Below are positions 31,703-47,200 of a stretch of DNA of 64,000 bases, piece after piece. A program made the position numbers and the translations under genes. Each line of letters starts with the position of its first letter. Within the stretch, counting starts at the first letter, position 1. Origin of the DNA: the human T2T-CHM13v2.0 reference genome, Homo sapiens; NCBI RefSeq assembly GCF_009914755.1, contig NC_060928.1; one strand, given 5' to 3'. The notes under the pieces are model-generated. The model was given only the letters and a program-made list of their open reading frames with translations, made no database searches and had not been told where the DNA came from.

Positions 31703-33117
31703 TGTCACCACCATTTTATAGAGGGTAGTCTTGTCTAAGGACACAATTCTATTAGTCTATTTCAAAATTTAGAGCCCAAATTGAAAACTCTAAACTCAGT
31801 GTTCTTTATCCACAAACCACATCTTTTCCACAAAACTTCTCCTCTTTACCTATTTAAGATTTATAACATTTAGGCAGTAAAGGACACAGGAACTGCTGGC
31901 CTAGATGCTGTGGGGTTCCACAAGACAGACCAGTCAAGGGTTTATGTTTTCAAGGAGCTGATACTCATCAGTCTGTGTTTCACGCTATCCCCTAAAGAGG
32001 AGATTAGTTGCTTTCACTTGAGTCATCTCTGTTAAAACACATTAAGGGAAGCGTAAGAGACAGGCCTGGCTTGGGGACTGAGGGATTTACAAAGCTAGTA
32101 AAAATATTCTCCATCAAGAGGACTCATCATCTTTTGTACGGTAGTTTCAAAATTTACTTCATTAGTTTAAAACTTGTCCAGAATGAATAAAGGAAGAACA
32201 AATTCCAGGACATCCATTTTTATGATCAACCAGCTGATCTACCTTTCTCAGATATTGTTATCTTCTTTGAAAAACATATTAAAGAGCAAGTAATCAAATA
32301 GATGGAAGGTTTTAGAGAACCACAGTGCACTGGAGAAGGGACCTGAGAGATCAGTGATGTAACTCTTTAAGAAAAAATCAAGAATGCTTTAGAAAGGATA
32401 GCCAAGAACGATGAGGTTTCAGGTTGGTTCTACCGATTGGTGAACTAAATTTAACAGGCCAATTTTTTTAGTCAAGTGATGGTTTCAGGGTGTTTCAGCT
32501 GAATTTCATTTCCTTCTCAAGTCACCTATGTGGTTCGACCAAATGTACCAATTGTGCTTGGCTCTTACATGTTTGAGATGTGAGAATGTATGCAATTGTA
32601 TGTGCATGCTTGAGTGTGTCTGTATGTGTATGCATGCATGTGTGTGTGTGTGTGCAGGTATAACAGGTAGGTCAAGTGAGAGAGGGACTAACTACTACCC
32701 TTTAGAGAGCTATACTGTGTGTTGGTCACTGCTATCACCATCTTATAGTTCCATGTTCAGACTCAGGGAACAACACATTCATATTATTTGATACCTAAGT
32801 GTAGAGGCAGAGGCCAGATCTGAAATTCATATTATCTGACTGTTTATGCTCCTTCAACTCTAACCTGAGGCATCCTGGTTAGTGTAGTGTACATCTGAGG
32901 TTTCTTTCCTGAAGGAGAATTACCAGCAGACAGTAGAGAAGAAACTAAATATAGTTTGTCCTTTATGAAAGAAAATAACAACAACGTATTGGGAAGTTAA
33001 GTAGCTTATAAGCTCCTTGTTTGTATTTTAATCCTTTCTAAAAATGTATTTACTTATGTCTAGACCTTTTTCATTCAAAAATATTTGAGGCTAATAGAGA
33101 AAGAAATTAGCTAATGT

Positions 33118-33300
33118 CTTATATACACATATGCAAGTATATACGCACACATATACATACACACATACTATATATAGCATATATATCATGTGTATACCCC
33201 ATGTGTATCTTTTATGTGTATATGTAAAAATGTGTATAAGTACATATGTGTTTGTGTGTGTAAATGTATGCACACATATATTCATATCTAAATATAGTAT
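33118..33300. repeat. Degenerate (TA/CA/TG)n low-complexity tract
   Basis: Directly visible alternating purine-pyrimidine sequence. Confidence 0.85.
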
Positions 33301-33839
33301 AACCTGTTTTATATTACATACACACTGTGGGCATTGGGAGCCAACTTCCTCTTGTGGTTTTGTAATTTGGACTTCCCAGTGGCACAGAAAGGATTTCTGG
33401 TCCTTTTTGTAACACTCTCAGAAACAAAAAGATTCCCAAGCTCAGGTGAACCTGTAAGCCATTCCTGTGTGCCACCTTGATCTTGACAATGAAGTTATAA
33501 ACATCAGGGAAGAAGGGAGTCACTTAGTCCCTGCCTTTCACACCCCAAGATGACTTGCCCAGTGTCACATAGTAAATCTGTTCCTAGGACTTTTGGCTCC
33601 AGAAGTCCAGTTCTGTAGTCTAGTTGCTGTTACTACTGTCTTCCGAGTAAGTGGTTGTAATGTAAAATAATGACAATATTTTTGGGATTCCATAGAAGAA
33701 AAACCCAACAAAATCTACCCAGCAATGACAACTCCCTGGCCACCAACTTCCAGTGTCAGCTGACACACAGGGTATGTGTAGTACAGGGTCAAACTTGCTC
33801 ATTTGTTCTGTTCAGTAGAAGGGTCCAAATGAATTGCAC

Positions 33840-33995
33840 AGGCCCTGGAGTCAGGATTCCTGTCTCTAGTTTGGACCTTGGTCAAAGTGACTTAACCTCT
33901 CTTAGCTTCAGTTTCCTCATCTGTAAAATGGTAATAATTCCACCTGCTTCAAATGATTACTTTGAGACTGAAATGAAACAATGTGTGTCAGGACT
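33840..33995 (+). mobile_element. MIR SINE
   Basis: gacttaacctctcttagcttcagtttcctcatctgtaaaatggtaataat. Confidence 0.7.
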
Positions 33996-34098
33996 GTCCA
34001 ATATAAATATATTGTGTATAACATATGCATTCAGACATTTTAAAACATATATTCTACATAGCTTAATAGATCTAAAGTGTTATCACTCTAACCTATAA

Positions 34099-34408
<310 letters not shown>

Positions 34409-37400
34409 TAATCACTATATAAAATTAATGAAATATTTTGCATTTTTTTCTACCCAGTCTTCAAAATCCAAGTGCATATATATTTCCTGTGTAGCACATC
34501 TCAAGGACACATATGGCTGGTGGCAATTGAGTTAGAGAGCACAGAGATAGATAGCACTGGGCATGTTTGCAATTCTTAATCTGAGAGGTCTTTAAGTGTG
34601 GAACACACTCTCCTGAAAGCAAGATTCTCTACGCACTCACAGATTAGGAGCTTCCTGAACAGGAGAAGAACCAGGAAGGCAGGTTTGAACCTGCAGGCAG
34701 CACAAAGGCAAATTCGATCTTCTCCCTCAAGAAACAAACCAGGTAAAAGTAAACAAATGGGACCTTTTGACAGTTGAAGCACTTGGCTGATGTGGGCATG
34801 GATACAGAATTCTCTATAGCACCTGGAGCTGAGGCCACATCCTTAGCAAAAGCAATGATTGCAGCTCCCATCTGCAGCAATTGCTACTGAGCAGGCACTA
34901 GACTGGCAACTTTCCACACAGGGCTTGCTGTAATCCTCACTGCAAGTCCTCAAGGTAAGTGATGTTTTTATTTTAAAAAGTGAGGTTCAGAGAAATGAAG
35001 TCTTGTGTCTAGAAAGTTAGAGGAGGTGAAAGGATTCAAACTCAGTCTAAACAAAGCCAGGAACTTCACTGTCACTTTCACTTTTCTTGGCAATGTCTGG
35101 AGTTAGTGAGCAAGTTATTAATGAACTTGGCTCTACTTCTTTGGTCCTGTTGAATAGTTGTGCCTTGCACCAATTCTTTGATGAAGGACAGAATTTCTGT
35201 GAAGGCCCAGACTTGCTAAGATGGGCAAAATGAACCTCCGATGGGTTAATAGGTCCCAAAGGGAGACCCAGCTACCCCTCCATTTACTTCCCTTTATCAG
35301 GGAGGCTGTTTTCTGGGTGTTATGGTGAAAACCCAAGGCCTGAGTTTCATGAATTGAAAAGATTAAGGTCCTTCCTATCAGCAACAGTAAGCTTCCTCGA
35401 GTCCCACTGTGAAGACAGTAGCCACATGCCAGGCATGGGAAACCCAAGGGAGATTCCACAGAATCTTCCAGATGGAGGCTTCCCTTGCACTTGGAATTAA
35501 ATCTAAACTCCTTTCCAAGGAGGCCTTTCCTGCAAATGGAGGTCTTGCCTTGCTCTACTCTGTCCCCTCGGGCCTGGCATGATTTCTGGTATATAGCACA
35601 TACTAGACATTTTGTTTGCTGAATGAACTTGTCAAATGCAGTAGACAGGCAAATAGCTGGAAGGTACTGGGAACATATTTTAACACAGTAGGAAGAGAAA
35701 CTTTAAGGGTTTGAAACTTCTGTCTCTAGAGAGTCAAGCAGAAACCAGATGTTGAAAGGGGGACTCAGCATTTCTAATCGTGATTGGGCGACATCACCTG
35801 AGAGCCTAGAAAATATTTGGATTAAAAAAGAGGGGAAGCAATGAAATAACCCTTCAAAAATATTTTCATTTTCTCCTTATGTCTCCTTATTACATAATTC
35901 ACATCATGACCTAGATTTCAAATGTAATTAACTGTAATATATTCTCTCAGTCCCACTACTGGAACATATTCATAGATGAAATGAAATAACTAGGATATTT
36001 CACAAGAGGTACATTTAATGAATCTGGAACAGCGATGCCTGCCATCTGTCTGTCTGCAGGACACCTTCACAGCCCCTCAATGAGAGATGGTGACACACTG
36101 TCACAGGCAGGAATCTCCTCTAGGGTAGCAGGGATGATCAAAGCATACAACCACAATTCACTTATGGGATTTAACAAAAGGGTTAGAAGGAAAGAGATTA
36201 CCTGCTGAGCACTCACTGGGTGCCAGGTGGTAAGCACTTGGGTATAAATTATTTCTTCTAATACTTGCAACAATACAAGAGGTGGTTGTTCTCATTTTAT
36301 TTTATATTTTTAAGCAATAAAAAGGTGGTGGGGAGTAGTAGATGAGCAAAGAATCTTTTGCAATCAGGTAAATCCAAGCTAGAATTCTTACTGCTAACTG
36401 ACCTCAGTAAATGTCTAACCTCTCTGGGTCTCCACATTCCCCTCTGCAAATATGAGCTTAAATCTACTTGATAGGGGTGTCATCATAATTAAATAAGATG
36501 ACCCATGCCAAATACACGGCACAGTGTCTGGCACACAGTTATTCAACAAATGTTAATGGCCTGCCTTTCATATTCATATCTGCCATGACAGAAATGGATA
36601 CATGCTGTTAAGGTTAAATGACCTCCTCAAGGTCACAGAACCAGGAAATATCAAAACTAAAATATTCCACTGGCCATCCTCAAAGCCCACGGTGTGCTTT
36701 TGTCCCCTTTGAATGGTGATGCTTCCCCTTGGGCAGTGGGGAGTGCATTCCAGGCAAGGGAGAGCTTACTTAAAACCACAATGAGATAGAAGTGTGAGAT
36801 TTATTATACTGTTATGCGAGAACTGCTTCTTTCCAAGAATCCCATGGTGTTGAGTGATTTAATTTTCTGGAACGTACTGAAACATGAGAAACACAGGTTG
36901 AACAACAAAACTGTCTTTTTTTTTTTTAATCTACCAAACTTCTGGGCAATCAAAAGTATAAGATTATTTTTTCATTGTTAAGAACGAAACATGTCTTCAC
37001 TTTCATCTTTGCATAGCTACGGAAGAGCACCTCACAGTGGTGTCAGATTTTCATCCTTGGCAGGTCATTTTAGAAACAATGAAATTGGAAATACGTTTAG
37101 TTTGTGCCTGTCAGCCTATGAGAGGACAGTGATATTTCAAGACCTACATAAATATTTATTTTCTTGAAATTGCCTATACATGTCAATCTTCAACAAATGT
37201 TGACATTCACTTTTGTTTGGATTTCCTTATGGTAATTGCTGTGAGGTGGGATGGGGTGAAAAGAGTTTAGGGTAGAAAGGACCGTAAGTCAGGCCACATA
37301 ATGTTAATAAGCTTCCTTGGACCACATTTACTATGCAGTGGGGGATAAGTTAGAGTAATTGGCCCCACTTTTTCCTTGAAAAAGAGGAGGACTATTCGAA

Positions 37401-39376
37401 TATCTCCTCCTCTAGCCTTCTGTGCTTCCTTGAATCCTCTGCATGTCTGAGAGGTGCCATATTTACAAACGTTTAACTGGATAATAAATTGAATTCTCTG
37501 AAATTGAAGGAAGGAGATGCTTTGGCAAGCCAAGGGAGGCAGCTTGGTGTAGTCACTGGGATAAGGATTCCCATCTTGGTGTTATTTGTGAGCCTCTAAG
37601 TGCTCCTTGATAAAATGAGAATGATAAATGCAACCTGTCCCATAGGTGGTCTGAAGTCAACCCACACAACATTATTGTCCAGATCAGGTGAAGGATTATG
37701 GCCCAAGGATCTGGATAAAAAATTCGCATGAGAGGTAACTAAAGATTTCCTCCTGGGAGGGACTTGTGGCTGCAAGTTACAGTCATCAGGCATAGTGCTT
37801 TCCAAACATGCATATGCACGCAAGTCACTTGGAAAGCCAGTTACAAATGCAGATTCTAATGCAAGAGGCCTGAGCAGAGGCCTGGGATTCTGTATTCCTC
37901 ATAAATTCCCAGAGGAGCTGATGTAACCCTCGATAGTCTTTGGCATGGCTAGGACCCTGTGAGCTTAGAATGTGGGTGCCAATTCAGATTCTGATACTCT
38001 TGGCCTGGGGCAGAGATGGGCAATGTCTTTTGTTTTTTATTTGTTTGTTTCCTACTGTTGTTGGGGTAGTATATTTTTAATTCCAGGACTGAAAACAATT
38101 GTGGTAGACAAAATAGACAGGGATTATTTTGTCTGCTGAGTTTGTATTTTGGGAGGCGGGAGATGGAGGAAAGATGCTGGGAATTAACAGGATTTAGAGC
38201 CAAAAACCCAGTCTCAAATCTTAGCTCTGTAACTTGAAATCTGCAAGACAGCCCTGAAACTCAGAGCTTGAGATTGAATGTCTTGGCCCTACATATTTAC
38301 TGTGAGGATTAAATAAAAAAGTACATGTGGCATGCTTAGGGCATTGCCATACTGACTGGCCTGTGGTAAGCTCTCAAATCATGGTAGCTATTTTTGTCCC
38401 TTAAAAAAAAAATGTTGGGTGGTATAAATGGGATCCTGGGATGATAATTAGTCAAACACATTTGTTCATGATGCAAAGTACTGCAGTGACTCAACCAGAC
38501 AGAAGCTCAAAGAAGAAAGGACAGTGACACATAGAAATAATTTAGCTCTCTGTAGAAGGGCACGCAGTGGCTGTGGGTCCTTCATAAAGGGCTCCTGAAC
38601 GAATGATGAGCAGCCAGGTGTGTGCAGTGGTGAGGCAGGCCCCAGTGAAGGAAGAGGAGAAGTTACTTCTCAACATGTTTAATCTGCATTGCTGTGCACA
38701 GAAGGCAGCAGTGACCTAAATAAATCCTTCATTAGAAGCAGAAACACACTGGCTCAGGCACTGTGCAGCAGAGCTCCGTGACAGGAGGGCGGACAGACGG
38801 GGCTTCTCTTATTACTCAGTGCAACTGAGTGGAAGAGGAGCCCCATAGCAGACAGGAGACAGGACCTGGGCTGCCTTGGGCCCACAGTGGGGTGCATGGC
38901 TTCAGCCCCTGCTCCAGGTATGACTGAGCCTCTGAGAGGTGCCATCTTAGCTGAAGAAGCTCCCCTGGCTGGGGTGGACAGTCATCTGTCACCCTGCAGA
39001 TGGTGAGTACCCACAAATCTTTTATGTTAACCCAGAAGTGGTCAGGAAAGACACACAAGGCATCAGAGGCAAAATAGCCATGTGCCATCATCTTGTTCTG
39101 TCTTATCATTTTGCAGATAGACAAACTGAGGTAAGCAGAGAACAAGAACCCCAAGGTCAGGCCTGCAGGGACTGAACTGACTCAGAAACATGGGTCTCCC
39201 AATTTGCATCTTACTAACCCCCAGACACATGGAAATCTGTCCTTTTTTGTTTGGGTAAGGAAGATTGGAATAATTCACAGCTGAAAATAAATTTATACAA
39301 ACCAAAGTAAATTGTTTCCCCTGAAACAATTTGGACAAACAGGGAGAGATGATTTGTCTCATTTCTTGAGCCAGGT

Positions 39377-39768
39377 TGTTATGGACTGAATGTTTTTGTC
39401 CTCCCCAAATTCATAGGTTGAGACCCTAACCCTCAGTGTGATGGTATTTGGAGGTGGGGGCTTTAGATGATCGGATTTCCATAAGGTTGTAAGGGTGGGG
39501 GCTCCATTCTGACAAGATTGGTGTCCTTATAAGAAGAGGAAGATAAAACAGAGCTCACTCTGTCTCTCTCTCTCATTCTCTCCACCATGTGAAGGCACAG
39601 GCAAAATGTGGCCCTCTGCGAGCAAGGAATGGGGTTTCATGAAGAACCACTTCTGCTGACACCTTGATCTTGAACTTCCAGCCTCCAGAGCTGTGAGAAA
39701 TAAATATCTATTGTTTAAACCATCCATTGCAAGGTATTTGATGATAGCAGCCCTAGCTGACTAGTACA
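39377..39768 (+). mobile_element. MaLR LTR (MLT1A-like)
   Basis: tgttatggactgaatg start, cttccagcctccagagctgtgagaaataaat, ends ctagtaca. Confidence 0.8.
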
Positions 39769-40670
39769 TGGTCCTCAGAATAATTAGTAAAGCAAAACTG
39801 TTTGGCTGGGACTTCCTCCACTGTGTGTATTTCCAGGGGCAGCACTCAGATGCTTCCAGGTTTAGGCAAGTGACATCTATGTATGAAGCCAGCTGGCTGA
39901 TGGGAGACGGTGGCAATCAGCTGTGTGTGTAGTTTGGCTAAAGAAGCAGGTGCTGCCAACTCTGGCAGATATTGTCAGAGACCAGGGACCAGAGTGGTCT
40001 GATCTTCACATTTCTCAAAACTCAACTATGGATATTTATGTGAAAAGTGCTGATTTTTAGGAATCTCATAAATGGATATAAGTTGCCAAGTAAAGTGAAG
40101 AAAAGGAAAAAATAAAAATAAAAAAGACTGAATGGCAAGTCTGCAAAGAGCAATGCCTAAGGTCTATGCTTTGCCCATAGGTGATCACTCAAACTCTTAC
40201 AAGACATCTACGATGTTTCTAAAATTGTACTGAGTCCCTGGGGACACTGAAATAATCCCGTCCCTGTCCTCAAGGAGCACCTTATAATGTGGAAGATGCA
40301 CGTGGGAGGAATGAATGACTAGACCTCAGAGTAGACATAGATCCAGCCGTGGAAACTCAAGAGCCCAGAGGAAAGAGATGGGAGCCGGCAGAGGGTCAGG
40401 GAGGGCCTCGAAGGACCTCACAGCAAAGATCATGTTCGAACACAATCTTGGAGAAAACTTGGCCATTGCTCAGAAGGAAGTCCCACGGAAGCATTCATTC
40501 AGGGCAGTAGGAGAAAAAGCCAAATGGGGTACAAGGAAAGCCTCAGCCTATGCTAAGATATGCTATGGGGAGCACAGGCCATGGCAGGTGCTGGTGTGGA
40601 TGAGGCTACAGGACCCACAGCTTGAGAGGCTGCAGTGTTCTCTCTAGAAATTTAGAAAGAGGGTAGAGGA

Positions 40671-41134
<464 letters not shown>

Positions 41135-41884
41135 TTACTATCTTTCTTTTTAGGTATGTGTGCTCTTGGTTTATCATGATCATTTGAAAACAAACATTTA
41201 AGAGAGTGCTTAGTATTGCCAGGCACCATGAAAAACACCAGGGATAGAGCAATGACAAAGCGGCATCCATGCCTGAAAGAGCTCAAGGGGAAAACTGGCA
41301 TAGAAATAATATGAGTAGTATGCCCTAGTGGGTTTTGATTTTATATTGAAAAAACTGTTGCACTTCATATGATAGCACTAAATAAAGCAATAGTACATGG
41401 TTCTTTCCTCTGGCCCACATACATATACACACCACTGTGATTTCCATCTGTCCCTTACTTGAAATGTTTTTAAAGTGTCATTCAAGTTGAATATTTCATT
41501 ATACTGATGCTTCAGGTTCTACAAGTAAATTAGTATCTCATTTGCCTCTAACTCAAGCTTTACTTTAAACAGGAGGTGCTGTTTAATCATCTTGCTAATC
41601 TTGAAATATTTAAATGCCATGTAATCTATCCAGAGAAACAACACCTAGATCGTGCACACCACACAGCCCCCTCTGTAATCTCTTGTTATCTCTTATTATA
41701 ATTACACTATCTTCAGATTAAATGCACTGGTGTATGTCAAGTTAATCCATCAGTGGCCTGGTCATCTGTTCTTTCTGAATGTTGATGCAAAATGATTTAC
41801 ATTTTATATTTTTAAAATGTTATTTATTATTACTTAAGTAATGTCAGAAGGAGAAGTTCAGGAATCATCAAGATGAATTACAGG

Positions 41885-42110
41885 AGCTCGGAGTCGGGAG
41901 GCTGGTGATTAAGGGCCTGGGTTTGAATCCTGGCTGCACCCATACTGGCTCCATAGGACCAAGAGCAAGCCATGTGATCTCTATATGAATTTTCCCATCT
42001 GAAATATGGGGATGATAACAGCACCAACCTCATGGGATTGTCATGGGGATCAAAGGAGGTGTGACTGTGTGAACTGTTAAAGAGTGGGGCTGGCATAGAA
42101 AACTCCCACC
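41885..42110 (+). mobile_element. MIR SINE
   Basis: gcctgggtttgaatcctggct ... catctgaaatatggggatgataacagcaccaacctcatgggattgt. Confidence 0.65.
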
Positions 42111-42874
42111 AAATTTCAGTTTTTGTAACCGTCAGACTTCCATATCCCAATAGCTGATAAAGCTTCTATTCAGGTAATCAATAATTCGGACACATAAGAT
42201 GCATATCCACAAAGTCTTCTTTGCTCGAAAGGGCCAAAGCACCAGGGTAAATAGGGTGCTGAACTGGGAGATAGGAGCTGGGGTCTAGTCCCTGGTTCTG
42301 TCTTGACTTCCATGTGATGGTCAGCAAGACACAGGGATACTCTAAGCCTTGTTTACAGAGTGAAACGATTGGGTCGTAAATTCTAAGATAGTATAAGATC
42401 AATCTAAAACATGAATGCTTTAGAGGATTGAGAAACATACGGGTTGATCATGCATGGCTCTCTTGGAATCCAGAATTTCAAGAGAATTTTCCAAGAGCCA
42501 CGGAATCCAAAATTCCTAGCCAAAGTGATTACTGTTAAAAATTAACCACAAAGTTTTGTCACCAATGTGGGCATCTAACATTTTATAGGTTAAAAGTAGC
42601 ACCATATATCAAACTTCTAAGCTGCTGAGGTCTTCTTGATGGGGAGGGGGAAGAATACAGCCTTTAGTGGAAAAGAGGCTGTTTCCTTGGATAGGGTCTC
42701 TCAAACTGCACTTGCTGCTCTGATTCCACTCAGATCATACTTAGCACTCATTCAATGAATATTCATTGAACCCAGGACCTGATTGAGAGGTGGATCAGTT
42801 AGACTGAGAAATAATCTATGAAGAATGCTTAACCATTACTAGAATGAAACAAGGCAAAGAAGAAAGCATTATAC

Positions 42875-43238
42875 TCCTACGGACTGAATGTTTGTGTCCT
42901 TACAAAATTAATATGTTAAAATCAAATCCCCATCATGATGGTATTGGAGGTGGGGCCCCTAGGAGGCAAGTAGGTCATGAGGGTGAAGACGTCATGAATG
43001 GTATTAGCGCCCTTCTAAGAAGAGGCCAGAAATCTGGCTTATTTTCTTTCTGCCATGTGGGGTACAAGGAGAATTCAGCAGGGGCTGCAACCCAGAAGAG
43101 GGCTCTCACCAGAACCCAAGCATGCTGGCATCCTGGCCTCAGACTTCCAGCCTGCAGAACTGTGAGAAGTCAGTTTCTGTTGTTCATAAGCCATCAGGCC
43201 TATGGTGCTTGGTCATAGTAGCCCTAATTAACTAAGAT
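42875..43238 (+). mobile_element. MaLR LTR (MLT1A/MSTD-like)
   Basis: ggactgaatgtttgtgtcc ... gacttccagcctgcagaactgtgaga ... actaagata. Confidence 0.75.
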
Positions 43239-44108
43239 AAGTATTATATAAAAAGTTTATCAGTGACAATAAAGCATACCATTAGAAGAGAATCCTTCCA
43301 ACCTGGGGCATGTGGTGGGATAAGATTTCCCTTATCCCCACACCAAACAGGCAGCTTAATCACCTTCTAGGCTGGAGGAAGGCAGTTTGCTCTAAGACTT
43401 CTGCTTGCTTAAATGAGGTATGGACGATTGGGAGTGAGTAGAATTGCTTAGGAAAAGAGCCGAGGACTGAGAACTGCCACAGGGGTCTAGTTTCCTGGTT
43501 TGTGCCACATATGACACTCAGCCTCTTCCGCCTCTTCCTTAGCAAATGGAGAAGCAAACTTTGTAAAGTATCAGGGTTTGAGAGTATCCACAATTCAGAG
43601 TCAAGGCCTAAATAAAAGTACGGTGCATCAGGCACTAAGAAATTAGAGACACAGTTGACACCCACCCTGTCTCTTCCCTCAAACAACTTGGGACCATGCA
43701 GGGTATAGGGTGTGGAGAGGGAACAATAGGAGAGGAGGTACAAAACAAAACAAAAACAGCCATGATCACCTTAGGGTTAGGGCTGTGAGAGGGCTAAGGA
43801 CAGGATGCTTGTGGGAAGAGCACAGAGGCTCATCGATAATGGACTGAGAGATCTACATGAAAACCATTTTGGTCTTATTCATACTTTATGAGATAAGAAG
43901 AAGGATAGCAGAGCTACAATTAGAAATAGATTGCTTTGTGTTTCAAAATTGAAAAAAAAACCATGTGAACATGAGTTATTGTCTGTTAATAACTGCATTC
44001 CTTCCTCTAAATCATAGTGAGAAAGAAGGAAAAACAAAGATATTGGCAGGAGAAATGAAGGACTAGCAGGAGGATGCATGAGATAGGCTTCTTTCCTTTC
44101 TTTTTTTT

Positions 44109-44220
44109 AAAGCATAAAACACTGGATCTTCCTGGACAGTCTTCCATCCCAAGTACTAACCAGGCCTGACCATGCTTAGCTTCTGCAGTCAGGCACTTGC
44201 AGGGCGGTATAGCTGCAGGC
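44109..44220 (-). pseudogene. RNA5SP156: 5S rRNA retropseudogene
   Basis: ccaagtactaaccaggcctgaccatgcttagcttc is the reverse complement of the 5S core; internal deletion and many substitutions; A-rich tail (T-rich 44089-44108). Symbol is from memory. Confidence 0.88.
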
Positions 44221-47200
44221 AAGAGAGCCTTTGCTATGTTGCTCTTTATTCTGTCATGTTCATTAGATTTGATGGGACCTCAGCAAGGTTCACTCATCAA
44301 GTCCTGGTTCCATCTCCTTTCAAGAGGGGCCTGTGGCATATAATTGTTGTGTCTCTCTTTGAGTGTGTGTGTGTGTGTGTATATACATATACACGCGTGT
44401 GTGATTGTTCCAATGATGAACTGAGTTTTCAAGACTTCCTGCTTCTCACAACCTTCTCAAGGTCATCAGCACATTAATGAAGGAAGCTATGCCTAGAGGT
44501 CCTGAAATGTTCTAGCCCATAGCATGGTACCATAAAGATGAGTTTTCAGAGGCGTCTAAAGAATAAAACTGACTGTGGCTTCCTTGGTGAAGTCAGTCCC
44601 ATTGCTTTTCTACTTTAACAACCGTATTTACTTCCCCAACCAGCTAGCGTGAACACTCAGGCCTGGCTTTGTATTCCAGATTGATATCAAATCTAAACCA
44701 ACAGATTCGTTAGTGTCCAACATGCCAAGGAAGATGAGTAGGCTTGGCCAAAGAACAGTAGCTCATGTTAAATAAGCTTTGGAAATTGTGTTGAGATTTC
44801 TGGATTGGTTTTTCACAGTTTTTCTTCAAATGCTTAGATTCATAGAGAGAATTTTAATACTGTGAGTCACTAAGTTGGAATCCAGGATTTCTTTCTACAA
44901 TTATTATCCCCTTTCCTCACCCCCACAATGTAAGATTAGCAAATTCAGACACTGAAGAGGGTTAGATGTCATTTGCTCAGGTCACAGGTAACCAAGCCCA
45001 GAAATGTAAGAAGAAAATGAGGTCCCATCCCAAGGAACCCACTGTGTAAGGGGAAAGATGGATTTGGAAACAAACACTGCCAATCCAATGAGATGAAAGA
45101 AACTGTGGAATAGACATTATTTCATCAACATTAAGGAGGTTGGGATGAGGAAATTTGGAATATGCTTCATGGAGAAGGCACCTGAGGAAAGTTTAGGGGT
45201 CTGGTGAGGACAAAAACAAAGTTCAACACTTTGAACTAATGTCCAGGCTAAAGTATGTAAATAGGGAAACAGAGAAATAAATGGATGGGGCAGAAAGATC
45301 AAAGCAATCATGTTTAAATTATCTTGGGTTTGCATTCTGGGTTAGTTACATGCCCTTGAAGAAGGTATTTTTCACTCTGGGCCTAATTTCCCTATCTTGA
45401 AGAAAGGGACCAGTGCTTGTTTTCTTAGGTGGAATTAAGTAAAATATTATAGAAAAAACATTTTAGCCCACCTGACATATGATAGACTCACAATAAATAA
45501 TTGCTCAATAGTATTCACTCAATCAATAATAGCTCAATGATATTAACTTGAAGAGAAAAGTGAAAGAAAAATATTAGTAATAACTTAGGTTTAACAACTA
45601 TTTTTGTCTGCTTAAATAGTTGTCATAAGTAAAGAAAGAAACAACATTCTGAAAATTGATGAGTAAGAAAGAAACATTCTCCAGTGAAAGCAGAAAAATG
45701 CTGCTCTATTGATAGCTGTGCAGAGACAGATGACAAAGAAAAAGCAGAATAAAAAGCCTAAAGTGGCTCTTAATCTAGTGTTTTTAAAGGACAACTTATC
45801 ATAAGATAATTAGCCTTTGTGCTGCCTTTAGCAGAGAACCTTAAGAACTAAAGCAAGAAAAAGGAGCAGGTGATGACAATCTTAAACCAAACACATGGGT
45901 TTGTCTAAATGAATAGGGCCCAGTGGTCTATGTCACCAAATGACCCAATGACAATGCAGAGAGAGTGCTTCTGCGGAAATGTGTGCAGCTAAGGAGACTT
46001 GTGTGGGGGTGAGAAGCCGGCAGGAGCAGGCTGCTCCAGTACGCCTGGAAGTGTAAAAACATTCCTAGAACAGGTGCCTTCCTGGTTGGGGAAGGGCTGA
46101 TGCACATAAGAACTCCCATGAGAGAGTTCAGGGAAGGGCAGAGTGCAGGTAGCATTGACCTTACCCAGGGGACATTTTCTCAGGTCACTTTAAACCCTTC
46201 ATGAGATGACAAAGGACAGCTGCCAATCTGAACTCAGGCAATCCGAATGAAAAGATCTGCCTCCCCTCAAAGACTGATAATTCTGTTTATCATAATGGTA
46301 CTTTCACTTCCTAACAACCATGACCAAAGGCCCCTCCTTTCATCGCCCCTCACCACATAAATCCATATTTCACTCAGGGATCAAGGACTTATACTCTGGA
46401 CTAGGCACGAGAGGTGTGAAGGGGCATGAAGGGGCATGACCGTGGTTCTGTCCTGCTCTCTGGGAGCTGTCTCCTGAGGGATGCAGCCAAGTCAATGAGC
46501 AATGACAACAGTGCCACCTGCACAATGTGGAGAGCTCCAGGAGGACTGAAGAGGTGGTGCCTCGTTCAGGGTATGCCAGGTTAGGCTGAGATCAACACCT
46601 ACATCTCTGTCCCTCCTCCCTTTGGCTGTTTGTCCCATGAGGGTTGGTGGCAGGACACTGCTCATTCGAGTCTCTCAGAGAGGCAGAAAGACGGAGCAGG
46701 TACTCTCCGGAGTAGTGCCAGTCACCAGGCTGGTGGGGAGGAGATCTGACACAAAGCATGGGCTGGCTCTTAAAGCTTCAGGCCAGGTGACCACACATCA
46801 GTTCCCCTTGCTTTTGCATGGCCCTGCTGAACTCCAACTAGGAAGGAAAGCATGTCCCATCAAGTGCCTGGAAGAGAGTGATCCAAGGCAAAAGGCACAC
46901 ATGCAGTGATTTACTATGGAGAGGGAGCAGTGTATTGGGACAGAGCTAGACAGCTCTTAAAGAATGATACAGTCTGAACCTGATAAGAAAAGGGAGAACG
47001 TACAAAAGTTCTACGCAGAGGAAACAGTATGCGTAGGGGTGTGAATGCTCACATTCCTGATTTATCTGGGAACAAAGGGTGGTCCTGAGGTCAGATTATG
47101 AGGTATGTATACAGAACAGAGAGTGGCTAATGATGAGGCTTAATAAATTAGAATGTGAGAGCCATCCTGCAGAACTTGAATTTTGGTACTACTTTCATTA

